Assembly (NCBI GenBank): GCA_964405655.1
Contig: CAYOOO010000008.1
Span: 1-52,879, forward strand
Direction: 5' to 3'
Source of the DNA: an uncultured Gammaproteobacteria bacterium
GTDB lineage: Bacteria > Patescibacteriota > Microgenomatia > Daviesbacterales > UBA10151
DNA: 52,879 nucleotides
The position numbers and the translations under genes were made by a program. The notes under the pieces were generated by a model. It was not told the origin of the DNA and did no database searches. It saw only the letters and a program-made list of their open reading frames with translations. This document shows, in pieces, positions 26,278 to 35,762 of this stretch. Positions within the stretch are counted from its first letter, which is position 1; the number at the start of each line of letters is the position of its first letter.

Positions 26278-27093
26278 TTATCTTCTCCTTTTTAAAATAT
26301 ATTTACTTGTCCATTTATTTTTCTTCCTGGTATTACCAACGGCTTTCTTACCATATTTAGTCATTGGACTTTTTCGACCTACGCCGGACCTTGCTTCTCC
26401 TCCTCCATGAGGGTGAGACCTGGGATCTTGGGCTGTACCCCTCACTGTTGGCCTAATACCCATTCTTCTCTTTCTACCTGCTTTACCAAAGACAATATTT
26501 TTAAAGTCCGCATTTCCTAACACTCCAACTGTAGCCATAGACTCAAGTGATACTTTTCTAATCTCGCCTGATGGCATTTTAAGATGAGCAAAACCACCCT
26601 CTTTTGCCTGAATAATAATTGAGGTCCCAGCACTTCTACCTAATTGTCCTCCTAAGGAAGGAGTTAGCTCGACGTTGTGAACTACTGTTCCAACTGGGAA
26701 GTTTTTTAACTGACTAGCATTACCAGTCTTGATCTCAACTCTTTGAGCAGATATTACTGTATCCCCAACTGTCAAGCCTTCAGGACAAAGAATATATCTT
26801 TTCTCACCATCTGGGTAAGTTATCAAAGCAATATTGACATTGCGGTTTGGATCATATTCAATTGCCTCAACCTGACCCTCAACATCCCTCTTGTCCCTTT
26901 TGAAATCAATTATCCGATAATATCTTTTATGCCTTCCACCTTGATGTCTGACTGTGACTTTACCACCAGAGCGACCGGATTTTTTAGGTAAAATTATCAG
27001 AAGTCCTTTTGGGCTCAAGCTAGTCTTTCTAGGTTTATTGATCTTGGTAGCAAATCTTCTGGTTGGTGTCTTCTCTTTATAATTTATGAGCAT
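26278..27093 (-). CDS. rplB: 50S ribosomal protein L2
   Basis: RHQGGRHKRYYRIIDF, EYDPNR, GRSAG and HPHGGGE. Confidence 0.98.
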   Translation of the reverse strand: MLINYKEKTPTRRFATKINKPRKTSLSPKGLLIILPKKSGRSGGKVTVRHQGGRHKRYYRIIDFKRDKRDVEGQVEAIEYDPNRNVNIALITYPDGEKRYILCPEGLTVGDTVISAQRVEIKTGNASQLKNFPVGTVVHNVELTPSLGGQLGRSAGTSIIIQAKEGGFAHLKMPSGEIRKVSLESMATVGVLGNADFKNIVFGKAGRKRRMGIRPTVRGTAQDPRSHPHGGGEARSGVGRKSPMTKYGKKAVGNTRKKNKWTSKYILKRRR

Positions 27094-27098
27094 AATTT

Positions 27099-27560
27099 TT
27101 AATTCTCACCTTTCTTCTTTTCTTCTTGATGAGACTTCTTTAGATCTTCTTGACCTCTGGTCATCTCCTCTATTTTGACCCTAGTACCTCTTAACAAACT
27201 TTTTTTCTCTTTGGTTTTGGCAATTGTTTCTCCTTCAGCAGTTCTAACCTCTACCTCCTCTTTTTTCTCCTCAGGCACTGATTCAAAGATTGCTATCTTT
27301 TGACCCTTTTTAACTTTGACTATGGCTTTTTTAAAACCTTGGGTCAGGTAGTAACCTCTTCTGCTTCTTTGAGTCTTTGATTTCTTTGGTAGATTGATTA
27401 TATTAACAGAGACAACCTCAACTTTAAACTGATCAGCAACTGCTTTCCCAACCTGGTTTTTAGTAACTTCTTTACCTACCTCAAAAGTATAGAAACTATT
27501 TTTAATAAGGCCCATTGATTTTTCATTAATCATTGGTCTGATCAAAACAAGATTACTCAT
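27099..27560 (-). CDS. rplW: 50S ribosomal protein L23 with a C-terminal extension
   Basis: RPMINEKS, YTFEV and KKAIVKVK.GQKI. Confidence 0.96.
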   Translation of the reverse strand: MSNLVLIRPMINEKSMGLIKNSFYTFEVGKEVTKNQVGKAVADQFKVEVVSVNIINLPKKSKTQRSRRGYYLTQGFKKAIVKVKKGQKIAIFESVPEEKKEEVEVRTAEGETIAKTKEKKSLLRGTRVKIEEMTRGQEDLKKSHQEEKKKGEN

Positions 27561-28336
27561 TTACTAGCCCTCCTTGAAGTTTTAGGCTTTGATTCCTCAG
27601 TTTCTTTTGATATCTTTTCCTTTTTCGTTAGCCTCATTTGCAGCTTCTCAACTGCTTCACGAGTCAAAATCAGACTTTGATGCTTAATAACCTCATAAGC
27701 GTTCAGCTGATTCTCTGTTAAAAGCTCAACTCCCTTTAAGTTCCTGACTGCCCGAGAAGATTGATCTTTTTTCTGATCTGCTACAATCAGAGCGCTCTTT
27801 TTACCAATCTTTTGGATAAATTGAGCTACTTCTTTAGTTTTTCCAGTCATTTTTTCAAGTCCGCTGATAGCTAAAACTTCATTGTCCTTCATTTTTTGAG
27901 ATAAAGCTGAAATTAAAGCTTTAGTTTTCATCTTTTTAGGAAGATCTAAAATAACTTTTCTTGATTTGGGACCAAGAGCGATTCCTCCACCAACAAAAAT
28001 TGGTGCTCTAACAGCACCATGCCTGGCTCTACCTGTTCCTTTTTGTCTAAAGATTTTTCTAGTTGATCCTTCCACTTCAGCTCTAGTCTTAGTGTGGGAA
28101 AAATGCCCTTTTTGATTGGCTAAATAAACCCTCATTGCCTGAGCTAGTAAAGAACTATTAACATCTGCACCAAATATCTCTTTAGGTAAATTTAAGGTTC
28201 CTGCTGCACGACCAGCTAAGGAAAAAACTGGCACTGACAAAGCAGTTCTGGCTGTTTTGACTGCAGATTTTACTTCAATCTTTGGTTTAACCTTAGTAAC
28301 CATGGGCTTGGTTTCTGTAGTCTTTTTAGTTGGCAT
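27557..28336 (-). CDS. rplD: 50S ribosomal protein L4 with an N-terminal extension
   Basis: TKTRAEV.GSTRK..RQKGTGRARHG. Confidence 0.98.
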   Translation of the reverse strand: MPTKKTTETKPMVTKVKPKIEVKSAVKTARTALSVPVFSLAGRAAGTLNLPKEIFGADVNSSLLAQAMRVYLANQKGHFSHTKTRAEVEGSTRKIFRQKGTGRARHGAVRAPIFVGGGIALGPKSRKVILDLPKKMKTKALISALSQKMKDNEVLAISGLEKMTGKTKEVAQFIQKIGKKSALIVADQKKDQSSRAVRNLKGVELLTENQLNAYEVIKHQSLILTREAVEKLQMRLTKKEKISKETEESKPKTSRRASK

Positions 28337-29117
28337 CTTCTTTTTCTCCTTTCTCAGTAGACTCAGTATTATCGGTAGGTTCAGTACTGTCGGTACTTTC
28401 TGTCTTTTCTGGCTCTACTGAACTTACTGATTCACTGGCCTCTTCTTCCTCATCAGGTTTTTCTTCTGGTGGTGGGGTATAACCGCGAGTCTTGCCTTGT
28501 TTTTCTATGATCACCATCTGACCGACTGGTCCTGGCAGCGCACCTTTGACAGTCAAGAGATTTTTTGCCTGATCAACAGCAATTACTTCCAAACCCCTAA
28601 CACTGACTGTTCTTACTCCCATATGTCCAGCCATTTTTTTACCTTTGAAAACCCGGCCAGGGGTTGTCCCAGAACCGATTGAACCTGGAGCACGGTGCCT
28701 ATCAGATTGACCATGGGTCTTTGGTCCGCCATGAAAACCATATCTTTTGACCCCTCCGGCAAAACCTCTGCCCTTAGAAACGCCAGTTACTTTGACACTG
28801 TCACCAATAAAAAAAACTTGGCCTATGCTTATCTGTTGGCCAAGTTCTAATCCTTCCCTGTCGCCCTTAACTTCTTTAAACCATTTAATCCTTTGGTCTA
28901 GTCCTATCTTTTTAAGATGGCCGGCTTGGGGCTTTTTTATTGACTTTTTGTTGCCCATCCCAATCTGGACTGCATTATAGCCATCTTTATTTTCCAAAGA
29001 TCTAATTTGGGTGACAAAATTAGGTTGTATCTCAACCACAGTTGCTCCCACCCTTCTACCACGAGCATCATAAGTACTAGTCATCTGTTGCTTAACTCCA
29101 AGTAGCGTGTTAATCAT
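28326..29117 (-). CDS. rplC: 50S ribosomal protein L3 with an acidic repeat tail
   Basis: DGYNAVQIG, SKGRGFAG and HRAPGSIG; likely start MINTLLG at 29117. Confidence 0.97.
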   Translation of the reverse strand: MINTLLGVKQQMTSTYDARGRRVGATVVEIQPNFVTQIRSLENKDGYNAVQIGMGNKKSIKKPQAGHLKKIGLDQRIKWFKEVKGDREGLELGQQISIGQVFFIGDSVKVTGVSKGRGFAGGVKRYGFHGGPKTHGQSDRHRAPGSIGSGTTPGRVFKGKKMAGHMGVRTVSVRGLEVIAVDQAKNLLTVKGALPGPVGQMVIIEKQGKTRGYTPPPEEKPDEEEEASESVSSVEPEKTESTDSTEPTDNTESTEKGEKEDAN

Positions 29118-29127
29118 TTTTTTGACA

Positions 29128-29222
29128 AGAAAAAGAGTGATCACGCCAGCTGGCGGATCACTCAGTAATTGTGCCTTACTTCAATTGTCGTATCAGGCAA
29201 AGCCTGACGCACAATTTACTGA
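29128..29222 (-). promoter_or_regulatory. Structured rplC leader: long hairpin followed by a terminator-like hairpin
   Basis: TCAGTAAATTGTGC...GCACAATTACTGA, then GAGTGATC-CGCCAGCTGGCG-T-GATCACTC-TTTTTCTT, ending about 10 nt before the ATG. Confidence 0.6.
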
Positions 29223-29277
29223 TAGAAATTCAAGTTGTAAAAAATTAACCTGATTTAAACATCAGTTTCTTAGGGGA

Positions 29278-29307
29278 ATTTTAACACAGGCTCAGCCACA
29301 TTTGCAA
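29278..29307 (-). promoter_or_regulatory. Internal promoter between rpsJ and rplC
   Basis: TTGCAA-18 bp-TAAAAT with an extended TGn motif. Confidence 0.55.
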
Positions 29308-29324
29308 GCTGCTGCAAAGCTGCA

Positions 29325-29447
29325 GTCCTGAACGAAGTGATGGAATTAATAAAATTTTCTAACCCAACTTTCAGAGATTTATCAGGAGATCTGGCACTCG
29401 CCAGAGATCCTTCACTATGCTCAGGATGATCCGCCATTGGCGGATCA
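29325..29447. repeat. REP-like inverted pair with flanking GC hairpins
   Basis: TCCTGAACGAAGTGA (29326-29340, plus) and TCATCCTGAGCATAGTGAAGGATCTC (29429-29404, minus). Hairpins GATCTGGC-ACTC-GCCAGAGATC and TGATCCGCC-ATT-GGCGGATCA. Confidence 0.65.
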
Positions 29448-29478
29448 CACGGCTACCATCAAAACGTTTCGAGACAAA

Positions 29479-29787
29479 CTACATTTTAACCTCTATGTCT
29501 ACTCCCGCTGGTAATTCAAGATGCATCAGTGAATCGATCGTCTTATCAGTAGGCTCAACAATATCAACCACTCTTTTGTGTACCTTAATTTCAAATGTTT
29601 CTTGGGAATTTTTATCTGTAAAGGGGGAACGGGGAACAGTAATTCTTGAACGTTTAGTAGGCAGGGGAATTGGACCAACAATCTTGGCACCTGTACGTAG
29701 GGCAGTATCAAGAAGCTGCTCACAGGTAGCATCTAAAACTCGATGATCGTATGATTTTAGTCTGACTCTTATTCTGCCTTTAGCCAT
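29479..29787 (-). CDS. rpsJ: 30S ribosomal protein S10
   Basis: IRVRLKSYDHR.LD, GPIPLPT and LELPAGVDIEVK. Confidence 0.98.
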   Translation of the reverse strand: MAKGRIRVRLKSYDHRVLDATCEQLLDTALRTGAKIVGPIPLPTKRSRITVPRSPFTDKNSQETFEIKVHKRVVDIVEPTDKTIDSLMHLELPAGVDIEVKM

Positions 29788-29830
29788 TTTTTATTCCCCT
29801 GTCAAAGTACAATTATATACCTTATCCACT

Positions 29831-29850
29831 AAAAAAGGGCCTTGCGGCCC
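29831..29850 (-). terminator. Intrinsic terminator after tuf
   Basis: GGGCC-GCAA-GGCCC-TTTTTT. Confidence 0.85.
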
Positions 29851-29867
29851 AATTTCTATCTAAAATC

Positions 29868-31046
29868 TTAAGCAATTATCTTAGTGATAACTCCTGCACC
29901 AACAGTTTTACCACCTTCTCTAATTGCAAAACGAAGCCCTTCTTCCATAGCAACTGGAGTAATGAGTTTTGCAGAAATTTTTACTGTGTCTCCAGGCATA
30001 GCCATCTCAACACCTTCTGGTAATATAACTTCACCTGTCACATCTGTAGTTCTGACATAAAATTGTGGTCTGTACCCTTTGAAAAATGGTGTGTGTCTTC
30101 CTCCCTCTTCTTTTGAAAGTACATAAATTTCTGCTTCAAACTCAGCATGTGGAGTTATTGAGCCGGGTTTGGCAAGAACCTGTCCACGCTCTACATCATC
30201 TTTTTCAATTCCTCTAAGTAAAACTCCTGCATTATCTCCAGCTTCACCTTGGTCTAATAATTTATGAAACATTTCAATTCCAGTAACAACGCTCTTTTTA
30301 GTTGGCCTGATTCCCACAATTTCGACCTCTTCGTTGACTTTGACTACACCTCTTTCAATTCTTCCTGTAACCACGGTTCCTCGACCTTTAATTGAGAAAA
30401 CATCCTCAACAGCCATCAAAAATGGTTTATCTTTATCCCGGGTTGGAGTTGGGATCCATTCGTCAACAGCCTTCATCAACTCTTCAACAGATTTAACCGC
30501 TTCCGCATCACCTTCTAAAGCCTTCTTGGCGCTACCTCGGATAATTGGTGATTGAGGATCAAATTCATACTTTTTCAGCAGGTCTCTCACTTCTTCTTCA
30601 ACCAAATCCAAAAGTTCTGGGTCATCAACCATATCTATTTTATTTAGATAAACTACAATTGCTGGTACTCCAACCTGTCTAGCCAGCAGCAAATGTTCTC
30701 TGGTTTGAGGCATTGGACCATCTGGAGCAGATACAACTAAAATGGCGCCATCTGTTTGAGCGGCGCCGGTAATCATGTTTTTAATATAATCAGCATGTCC
30801 TGGCATGTCGATGTGAGCATAATGCCTTTTTTCAGTCTCGTATTCTTGGTGGGAGATATTAATGGTAATTCCGCGGGCTTTTTCTTCAGGAGCTGCATCA
30901 ATCTGGTCAACTGTTCTAACCTCAGCCATCCCCTTGTCAGCTAAAACTTTAGTGATAGCTGCTGTTAAGGTTGTTTTACCATGGTCAACGTGACCCATGG
31001 TACCAATATTGACGTGTGGTTTAGTTCTTTCAAATTTTCCAGCCAT
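29868..31046 (-). CDS. tuf: Elongation factor Tu
   Basis: [23 protein letters not shown] and NKID. Confidence 0.99.
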   Translation of the reverse strand: MAGKFERTKPHVNIGTMGHVDHGKTTLTAAITKVLADKGMAEVRTVDQIDAAPEEKARGITINISHQEYETEKRHYAHIDMPGHADYIKNMITGAAQTDGAILVVSAPDGPMPQTREHLLLARQVGVPAIVVYLNKIDMVDDPELLDLVEEEVRDLLKKYEFDPQSPIIRGSAKKALEGDAEAVKSVEELMKAVDEWIPTPTRDKDKPFLMAVEDVFSIKGRGTVVTGRIERGVVKVNEEVEIVGIRPTKKSVVTGIEMFHKLLDQGEAGDNAGVLLRGIEKDDVERGQVLAKPGSITPHAEFEAEIYVLSKEEGGRHTPFFKGYRPQFYVRTTDVTGEVILPEGVEMAMPGDTVKISAKLITPVAMEEGLRFAIREGGKTVGAGVITKIIA

Positions 31047-31051
31047 AGTTT

Positions 31052-31130
31052 AAAAAAGTTTTAGCTACCGAATTGTCCATCCCAAGCTAAAACTGTTCTA
31101 TATTTTAAATTTAAATCAAGTAAAAAGCAA
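31052..31130 (-). promoter_or_regulatory. tuf promoter and leader hairpin with a U-tract
   Basis: TTGCTT-17-TAAAAT (31130-31102), then GTTTTAGCT-N18-AGCTAAAAC-TTTTTT, 5 nt before the ATG. Confidence 0.6.
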
Positions 31131-31261
31131 GCATTGCTTTTTAAGGCATTAAAATCCAGCTTTTCCAAAGCTGGTTGAATGAAAATATACAATAACTGCC
31201 TTAGAATTGCAATAGCTAAAATCTTTATTCTTTTTTATCACAATTTATGTTCTGGAAAAGT

Positions 31262-31561
31262 TTATTCAGGTTGATCAAGCAAATCCCTCTCCCATCTAAC
31301 AATGCCTCCTGTAATATCGTTAAGATTAATTCGCCTAGCAATCAGAGGACGTGGATCTTCAATGAGATTAACCCCATTAGTGGCAGCTAACATCACTTTA
31401 TTTGAAGTTGCTACTCTGAAAATAATCTCCCTAACTTCGCTACTAACAACCACAGTTCTACCAGTACTAATCCACTCAAAGGGATCATCTCTTGTACCAC
31501 TATGAGGCAACAAAACTCGTTTACTCTCAGGTTGTTCAGATTCTATTTTATAAATAGCCAC
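31262..31561 (-). CDS. Hypothetical protein between fusA and tuf
   Basis: 99-aa ORF with a GTG start, AAGGAG upstream and its own promoter TTGATT-17-TATAAT (31618-31590). Confidence 0.65.
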   Translation of the reverse strand: MAIYKIESEQPESKRVLLPHSGTRDDPFEWISTGRTVVVSSEVREIIFRVATSNKVMLAATNGVNLIEDPRPLIARRINLNDITGGIVRWERDLLDQPE

Positions 31562-31620
31562 CTTAAAAGCTCCTTAAAACTAATGAGTAATTATAGACTA
31601 TGGGATAGATATAATCAAGA

Positions 31621-33762
31621 TTACTGTTGTTCAACTCTACCTGTGAAGCCTGAGGATGCAACAATTTTTTGGGCAATATTTTGTGGTACTGGCTCGTAAT
31701 GAGAGGGCTCAATATAAGCTGAAGCTCTGCCTTGAGACATAGACCTAATAGTTGTGATATACCCTCCCAGTTCAGCCAGAGGCACCAAAGCATTGATTAC
31801 AGAGTGATTACCTCTTTTTTCTGTTCCTAAAATCTGAGCTCTTTTAGCAGATAGATCTCCAATTAAATCTCCCATAAATTCCTCTGGAGTAGTCACCTCA
31901 ATCTTCATGATTGGCTCAAGCAGGATCATATCTGCTCTTGAGGCAGCATCAGACAAACCTAAGGAGCCAGCAATCTTAAAAGCCATCTCAGAGGAATCAA
32001 CATCATGGAAAGAACCATCATAAACAGCTACTTTGATATCTGTGACTGGGAAACCTGCCAAAATACCCGTATCTTCTTTTTCTAAAACTCCTTTTTCAAT
32101 AGCTGGGATAAACTCCCGAGGAATTGCGCCTCCCACAATCTCAGATTCAAATTCTCTACCTTGACCTCTAGGGAGTGGTTCGATTCTAAGCAAACAGTGT
32201 CCGTATTGACCACGGCCACCAGTCTGGCGGATATATTTACCCTCACCTTGAGCAATTTTGGTAATAGTCTCCTTATATGCCACCTGTGGCTGACCTACAT
32301 TAGCTTCAACTTTAAACTCTCTTTTCATTCGATCAACAATAATCTCAAGGTGTAACTCACCCATTCCAGAAATAATTGTCTGACCTGTTTCAGGATTAGA
32401 CTTGACCCTAAAAGTTGGATCTTCTTCAGCTAGACGCTGCAGTGCATAGCCTAATTTTTCCTGGTCTGATTTAGTTTTAGGCTCAATTGCCAAGGAAATG
32501 ACTGGTTCGGCAAAGGTGATAGATTCTAAAATAATTGGGGCTGTCTCATCACACAAAGTATCACCAGTTACACTATCTTTAAGACCAACTACCCCAACTA
32601 TCTCTCCAGCAAAAGCTTCTTCAATTTCTTCCCGGTCATTGGCATGCATTAGTAAAACCCGACCAATTCTTTCTTTAACTTGCTTGGTTGAGTTATAAAC
32701 ATATGATCCGCTTTTTAAAGTTCCAGAATAAACCCTGACATAAGTTAGTCTGCCAACATGGGGATCAACCTGGATTTTAAAAGCCAGAGCTGCCAAGGGT
32801 GATTCTTTAACCTGGGAACGAGTTTCTTCATCGTCTGTTTTAGGATTTTTACCAGTAATTTGAGCAATGTCTTGGGGTGAGGGAAGATACTCAATCACTG
32901 CATCAAGCATCGGCTGAACACCCTTGTTTCTAAGAGATGAGCCTGCCATGACTGGAACAATTTTTTTAGCAATAATTGCTTTTCTTAAGGCCAACTTTAA
33001 GTCATTAATTTCAAGCTGCTCTCCGTTTAGGTACTTCTCAAGCAGTGTCTCATCAGTCGAGGCAATCTCCTCGATTAATTTCTCGCGGTACTCTTTTACT
33101 TGATCAACCATGTCTGAAGGAATCTCGTGCTCACTAAACTTGGCGCCGGTTTCATCACCTTCCCAAATTAAAGCTTTTTGAGTTAGCAGATCAACCACTC
33201 CTTTAAAATTATTTTCAGTCCCAATAGGTAAGTTGTAAGCAACAGCATTTGCTCCCAATCTATCTCTGGCTGACTGGATTGTGCCCAAAAAATCTGCTCC
33301 AACCACATCCATCTTATTAGCAAAAGCAATCAACGGGACTCCGTACTTATCAGCCTGTCTCCAAACAGTTTCTGTTTGGGACTGAACACCTGATGAGGCA
33401 TCCAAAACTATCACTCCTCCATCTAAAACTCTTAGGGATCTTTCAACCTCAACAGTAAAATCAACGTGACCTGGGGTATCGATTAAGTTAATTCTGGCTT
33501 CCTGATCTTTAAAGGGTCCTTCTTTTGGAGTCCAAAATGTAGTAACGGCAGCGGAGACAATAGTGATCCCACGCTCTTTTTCCTGCTCCATCCAGTCAGT
33601 AGTGGTTGTTCCCTCGTCAATATCACCAATTTTGTAAGTCCTGCCGGTGTAATAAAGGATTCGTTCAGTAGTAGTAGTTTTTCCTGCATCAATATGGGCA
33701 ATAATACCCATGTTTCTAATTCTATCTAGCGGGAAGTCTCTTTTAGTCTTTGTTGTAGCCAC
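31621..33762 (-). CDS. fusA: Elongation factor G
   Basis: [28 protein letters not shown] and GMGELHLE. Confidence 0.99.
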   Translation of the reverse strand: MATTKTKRDFPLDRIRNMGIIAHIDAGKTTTTERILYYTGRTYKIGDIDEGTTTTDWMEQEKERGITIVSAAVTTFWTPKEGPFKDQEARINLIDTPGHVDFTVEVERSLRVLDGGVIVLDASSGVQSQTETVWRQADKYGVPLIAFANKMDVVGADFLGTIQSARDRLGANAVAYNLPIGTENNFKGVVDLLTQKALIWEGDETGAKFSEHEIPSDMVDQVKEYREKLIEEIASTDETLLEKYLNGEQLEINDLKLALRKAIIAKKIVPVMAGSSLRNKGVQPMLDAVIEYLPSPQDIAQITGKNPKTDDEETRSQVKESPLAALAFKIQVDPHVGRLTYVRVYSGTLKSGSYVYNSTKQVKERIGRVLLMHANDREEIEEAFAGEIVGVVGLKDSVTGDTLCDETAPIILESITFAEPVISLAIEPKTKSDQEKLGYALQRLAEEDPTFRVKSNPETGQTIISGMGELHLEIIVDRMKREFKVEANVGQPQVAYKETITKIAQGEGKYIRQTGGRGQYGHCLLRIEPLPRGQGREFESEIVGGAIPREFIPAIEKGVLEKEDTGILAGFPVTDIKVAVYDGSFHDVDSSEMAFKIAGSLGLSDAASRADMILLEPIMKIEVTTPEEFMGDLIGDLSAKRAQILGTEKRGNHSVINALVPLAELGGYITTIRSMSQGRASAYIEPSHYEPVPQNIAQKIVASSGFTGRVEQQ

Positions 33763-33766
33763 AATA

Positions 33767-33985
33767 TTAATTATTTTCTAGTTTGCTAATGATTTTTTGT
33801 ATCTCTGAGATTCTCACTCTTAAAGTTTCAGCTTCCTCTAAGGCCATCTTATAAGCTGCATTTTCTGATAAATCTCCCATTGCTGCTGCTTCGCCTTTTT
33901 GCTGCATAACAACCTGAAGCTGTGTCTCAAGCTCACCAAGTTTCTTATTCCAAACAGCAATTTTTTCTTTCTTTATATTATCCAT
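33767..33985 (-). CDS. Gre-factor N-terminal coiled-coil only (72 aa)
   Basis: [14 protein letters not shown] matches the Gre tip motif GDLxENaeY; the C-terminal domain is absent. Confidence 0.8.
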   Translation of the reverse strand: MDNIKKEKIAVWNKKLGELETQLQVVMQQKGEAAAMGDLSENAAYKMALEEAETLRVRISEIQKIISKLENN

Positions 33986-33990
33986 GAATC

Positions 33991-34061
33991 AAAAAAAATA
34001 CCTCCTCTCAAAAAGGAGGTTTCTAAATGCAAATATTAACTATTTTAATCTCAAAAGTCAA
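33991..34061 (-). promoter_or_regulatory. Promoter and promoter-proximal terminator-like hairpin before the gre-like gene and fusA
   Basis: TTGACT-17-TAATAT (34061-34033), then ACCTCC-N9-GGAGGT-ATTTTTTTT. Confidence 0.6.
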
Positions 34062-34090
34062 CTTCATCTATGTTAAAATTACAACTTTAT

Positions 34091-34573
34091 ATGCAGAGAG
34101 AAATAGTTGGCAGAGGTATTGAGCATATTGTTTGGCGAGATCCTTCTGATCCAAATTATGTCTATAAAAAACCAACCTTAACTCAGCACATATTTCTAAT
34201 CTTGGCCGGGGTAGATGCAAATGCTATTGTAGATGAGATTGAATACTCGAAGGGTTTAGTTAGAAATACTGGTTTAGTTATTCCTGAAACTACTGTAGTG
34301 ATTGAAAGGAATCGTTTTGATTACCGAATCAGACAGAGATTTATCGAGAAAGATAGCCATACCCCAGATTTAGCTTTATTCTTGAGAGAGCAAGGAACAC
34401 CTTTCTTTGTTGATAAATATCTTTTAAAGCCCCAAAACTTTATTTGGAATCAAGGTGTTTTGTACTGGGTAGATCCAACTAGGGGATTCTATCGGATTCT
34501 AACAAATCGGGCCCATATTCCTTGGGAAAAACAAATTCAAATCATGGCCAGATTGATAAGAATTAGCCTATAA
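34091..34573 (+). CDS. Hypothetical protein with degenerate protein-kinase-like motifs, antisense within the str cluster
   Basis: GRGIEHIVW (Gly-loop-like), YVYKKP and LKPQNF...YWVD; likely start is ATG 34091. Confidence 0.55.
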   Translation: MQREIVGRGIEHIVWRDPSDPNYVYKKPTLTQHIFLILAGVDANAIVDEIEYSKGLVRNTGLVIPETTVVIERNRFDYRIRQRFIEKDSHTPDLALFLREQGTPFFVDKYLLKPQNFIWNQGVLYWVDPTRGFYRILTNRAHIPWEKQIQIMARLIRISL

Positions 34574-34687
34574 TCAATCTACCGAAGACTGACTAAACTT
34601 AGCACTATTTATTGCTATCGCAATTTTTTGTGCAACCTATAGGGTAAGATTAAACTTATATGAGAAGGTTTCTTTCTCTCAACCATA

Positions 34688-35161
34688 TTACCACCTAAAG
34701 TGGGAAAATGCCTTATTTGCTTCTGCCATGCGAAGAGTATCCTCTTTCTTCTTAATGGCAACTCCTGCATTATTTGCAGCGTCCATCAACTCTTGAGCTA
34801 GTTTCTCGGAAAAAGAGTGAAACTCTCTATTAGATCTGGACCTGGCAGCAGCAATTAACCATCTGATAGCTAAAGCCTCTCTTCTGTCTCCTCTAACCTC
34901 AACAGGAACCTGGTAGGAAGCTCCTCCAACTCTTCTTGGCCTAACCTCCATTTTTGGAGCGACATTGGCAATAGCTGTTTCAAAAATAGATAGAGGATTT
35001 TTACCCTGTTTCTCTATTCCAGCCAGAGCTTCATAAACCAGCTTTTGGGCAATACCCTTTTTACCATCCTCCATAACTTTATTGATAAACCTGGCTACTA
35101 ACCTAGAGTTATAGATTGGATCTGGGAGTAGTTTTCTCTTGGGTACCCGACCTGACCGCAT
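34688..35161 (-). CDS. rpsG: 30S ribosomal protein S7
   Basis: [14 protein letters not shown] and [13 protein letters not shown]. Confidence 0.99.
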   Translation of the reverse strand: MRSGRVPKRKLLPDPIYNSRLVARFINKVMEDGKKGIAQKLVYEALAGIEKQGKNPLSIFETAIANVAPKMEVRPRRVGGASYQVPVEVRGDRREALAIRWLIAAARSRSNREFHSFSEKLAQELMDAANNAGVAIKKKEDTLRMAEANKAFSHFRW

Positions 35162-35164
35162 GAA

Positions 35165-35635
35165 TTATGTTCCTCCTTCTGGTGCAGGAGTTGGGGCTGC
35201 TGGGGCAGCAGTTCTAGGCGCTGGACCACCAGACTTTTTGCTACCATACTTGCTTCTAGAACTTTTTCTACCAGACACACCTGTCAAATCAAGCTTACCC
35301 CGAACCAGGTGGTATTTAACTCCTGGTAAATCCCTGACTCTGCCGCCTCTAACTAAAACAATTCCATGCTCAGCCAGATCATGACCAATTCCCTGAATGT
35401 AGGCTGTGACTTCAGTTCTATTGGAGAGTCTAACTCTAGCTACTTTTCTTAAAGCTGAATTTGGTTTTTTAGGAGTCATTGTTCGAACCAAAGTAACTAC
35501 CCCTCTTTTTTGAGGGTTAGTATTGACAACATATCTCCTGTCTTTGGCGTTATAAGAGCGACGCAAAGCTGTAGCTTTAACTTTCTTAGCTACGCTTTTT
35601 CTGCCTTTTCTAACTAACTGATTTATAGTTGGCAT
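35165..35635 (-). CDS. rpsL: 30S ribosomal protein S12
   Basis: [20 protein letters not shown] and RVRDLPGV; Pro/Ala-rich tail. Confidence 0.99.
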   Translation of the reverse strand: MPTINQLVRKGRKSVAKKVKATALRRSYNAKDRRYVVNTNPQKRGVVTLVRTMTPKKPNSALRKVARVRLSNRTEVTAYIQGIGHDLAEHGIVLVRGGRVRDLPGVKYHLVRGKLDLTGVSGRKSSRSKYGSKKSGGPAPRTAAPAAPTPAPEGGT

Positions 35636-35762
35636 AAATTTATTTATGACTACTAGAGCTTTAGCTCATTGTAGGCACAAAATTCCTTTCTGGAAACAAG
35701 TAAAAAGTTCAGAGAGATCTTAAACCCGCTAACCTGTTTCCTTCACCCCGATTAAATCGGGA

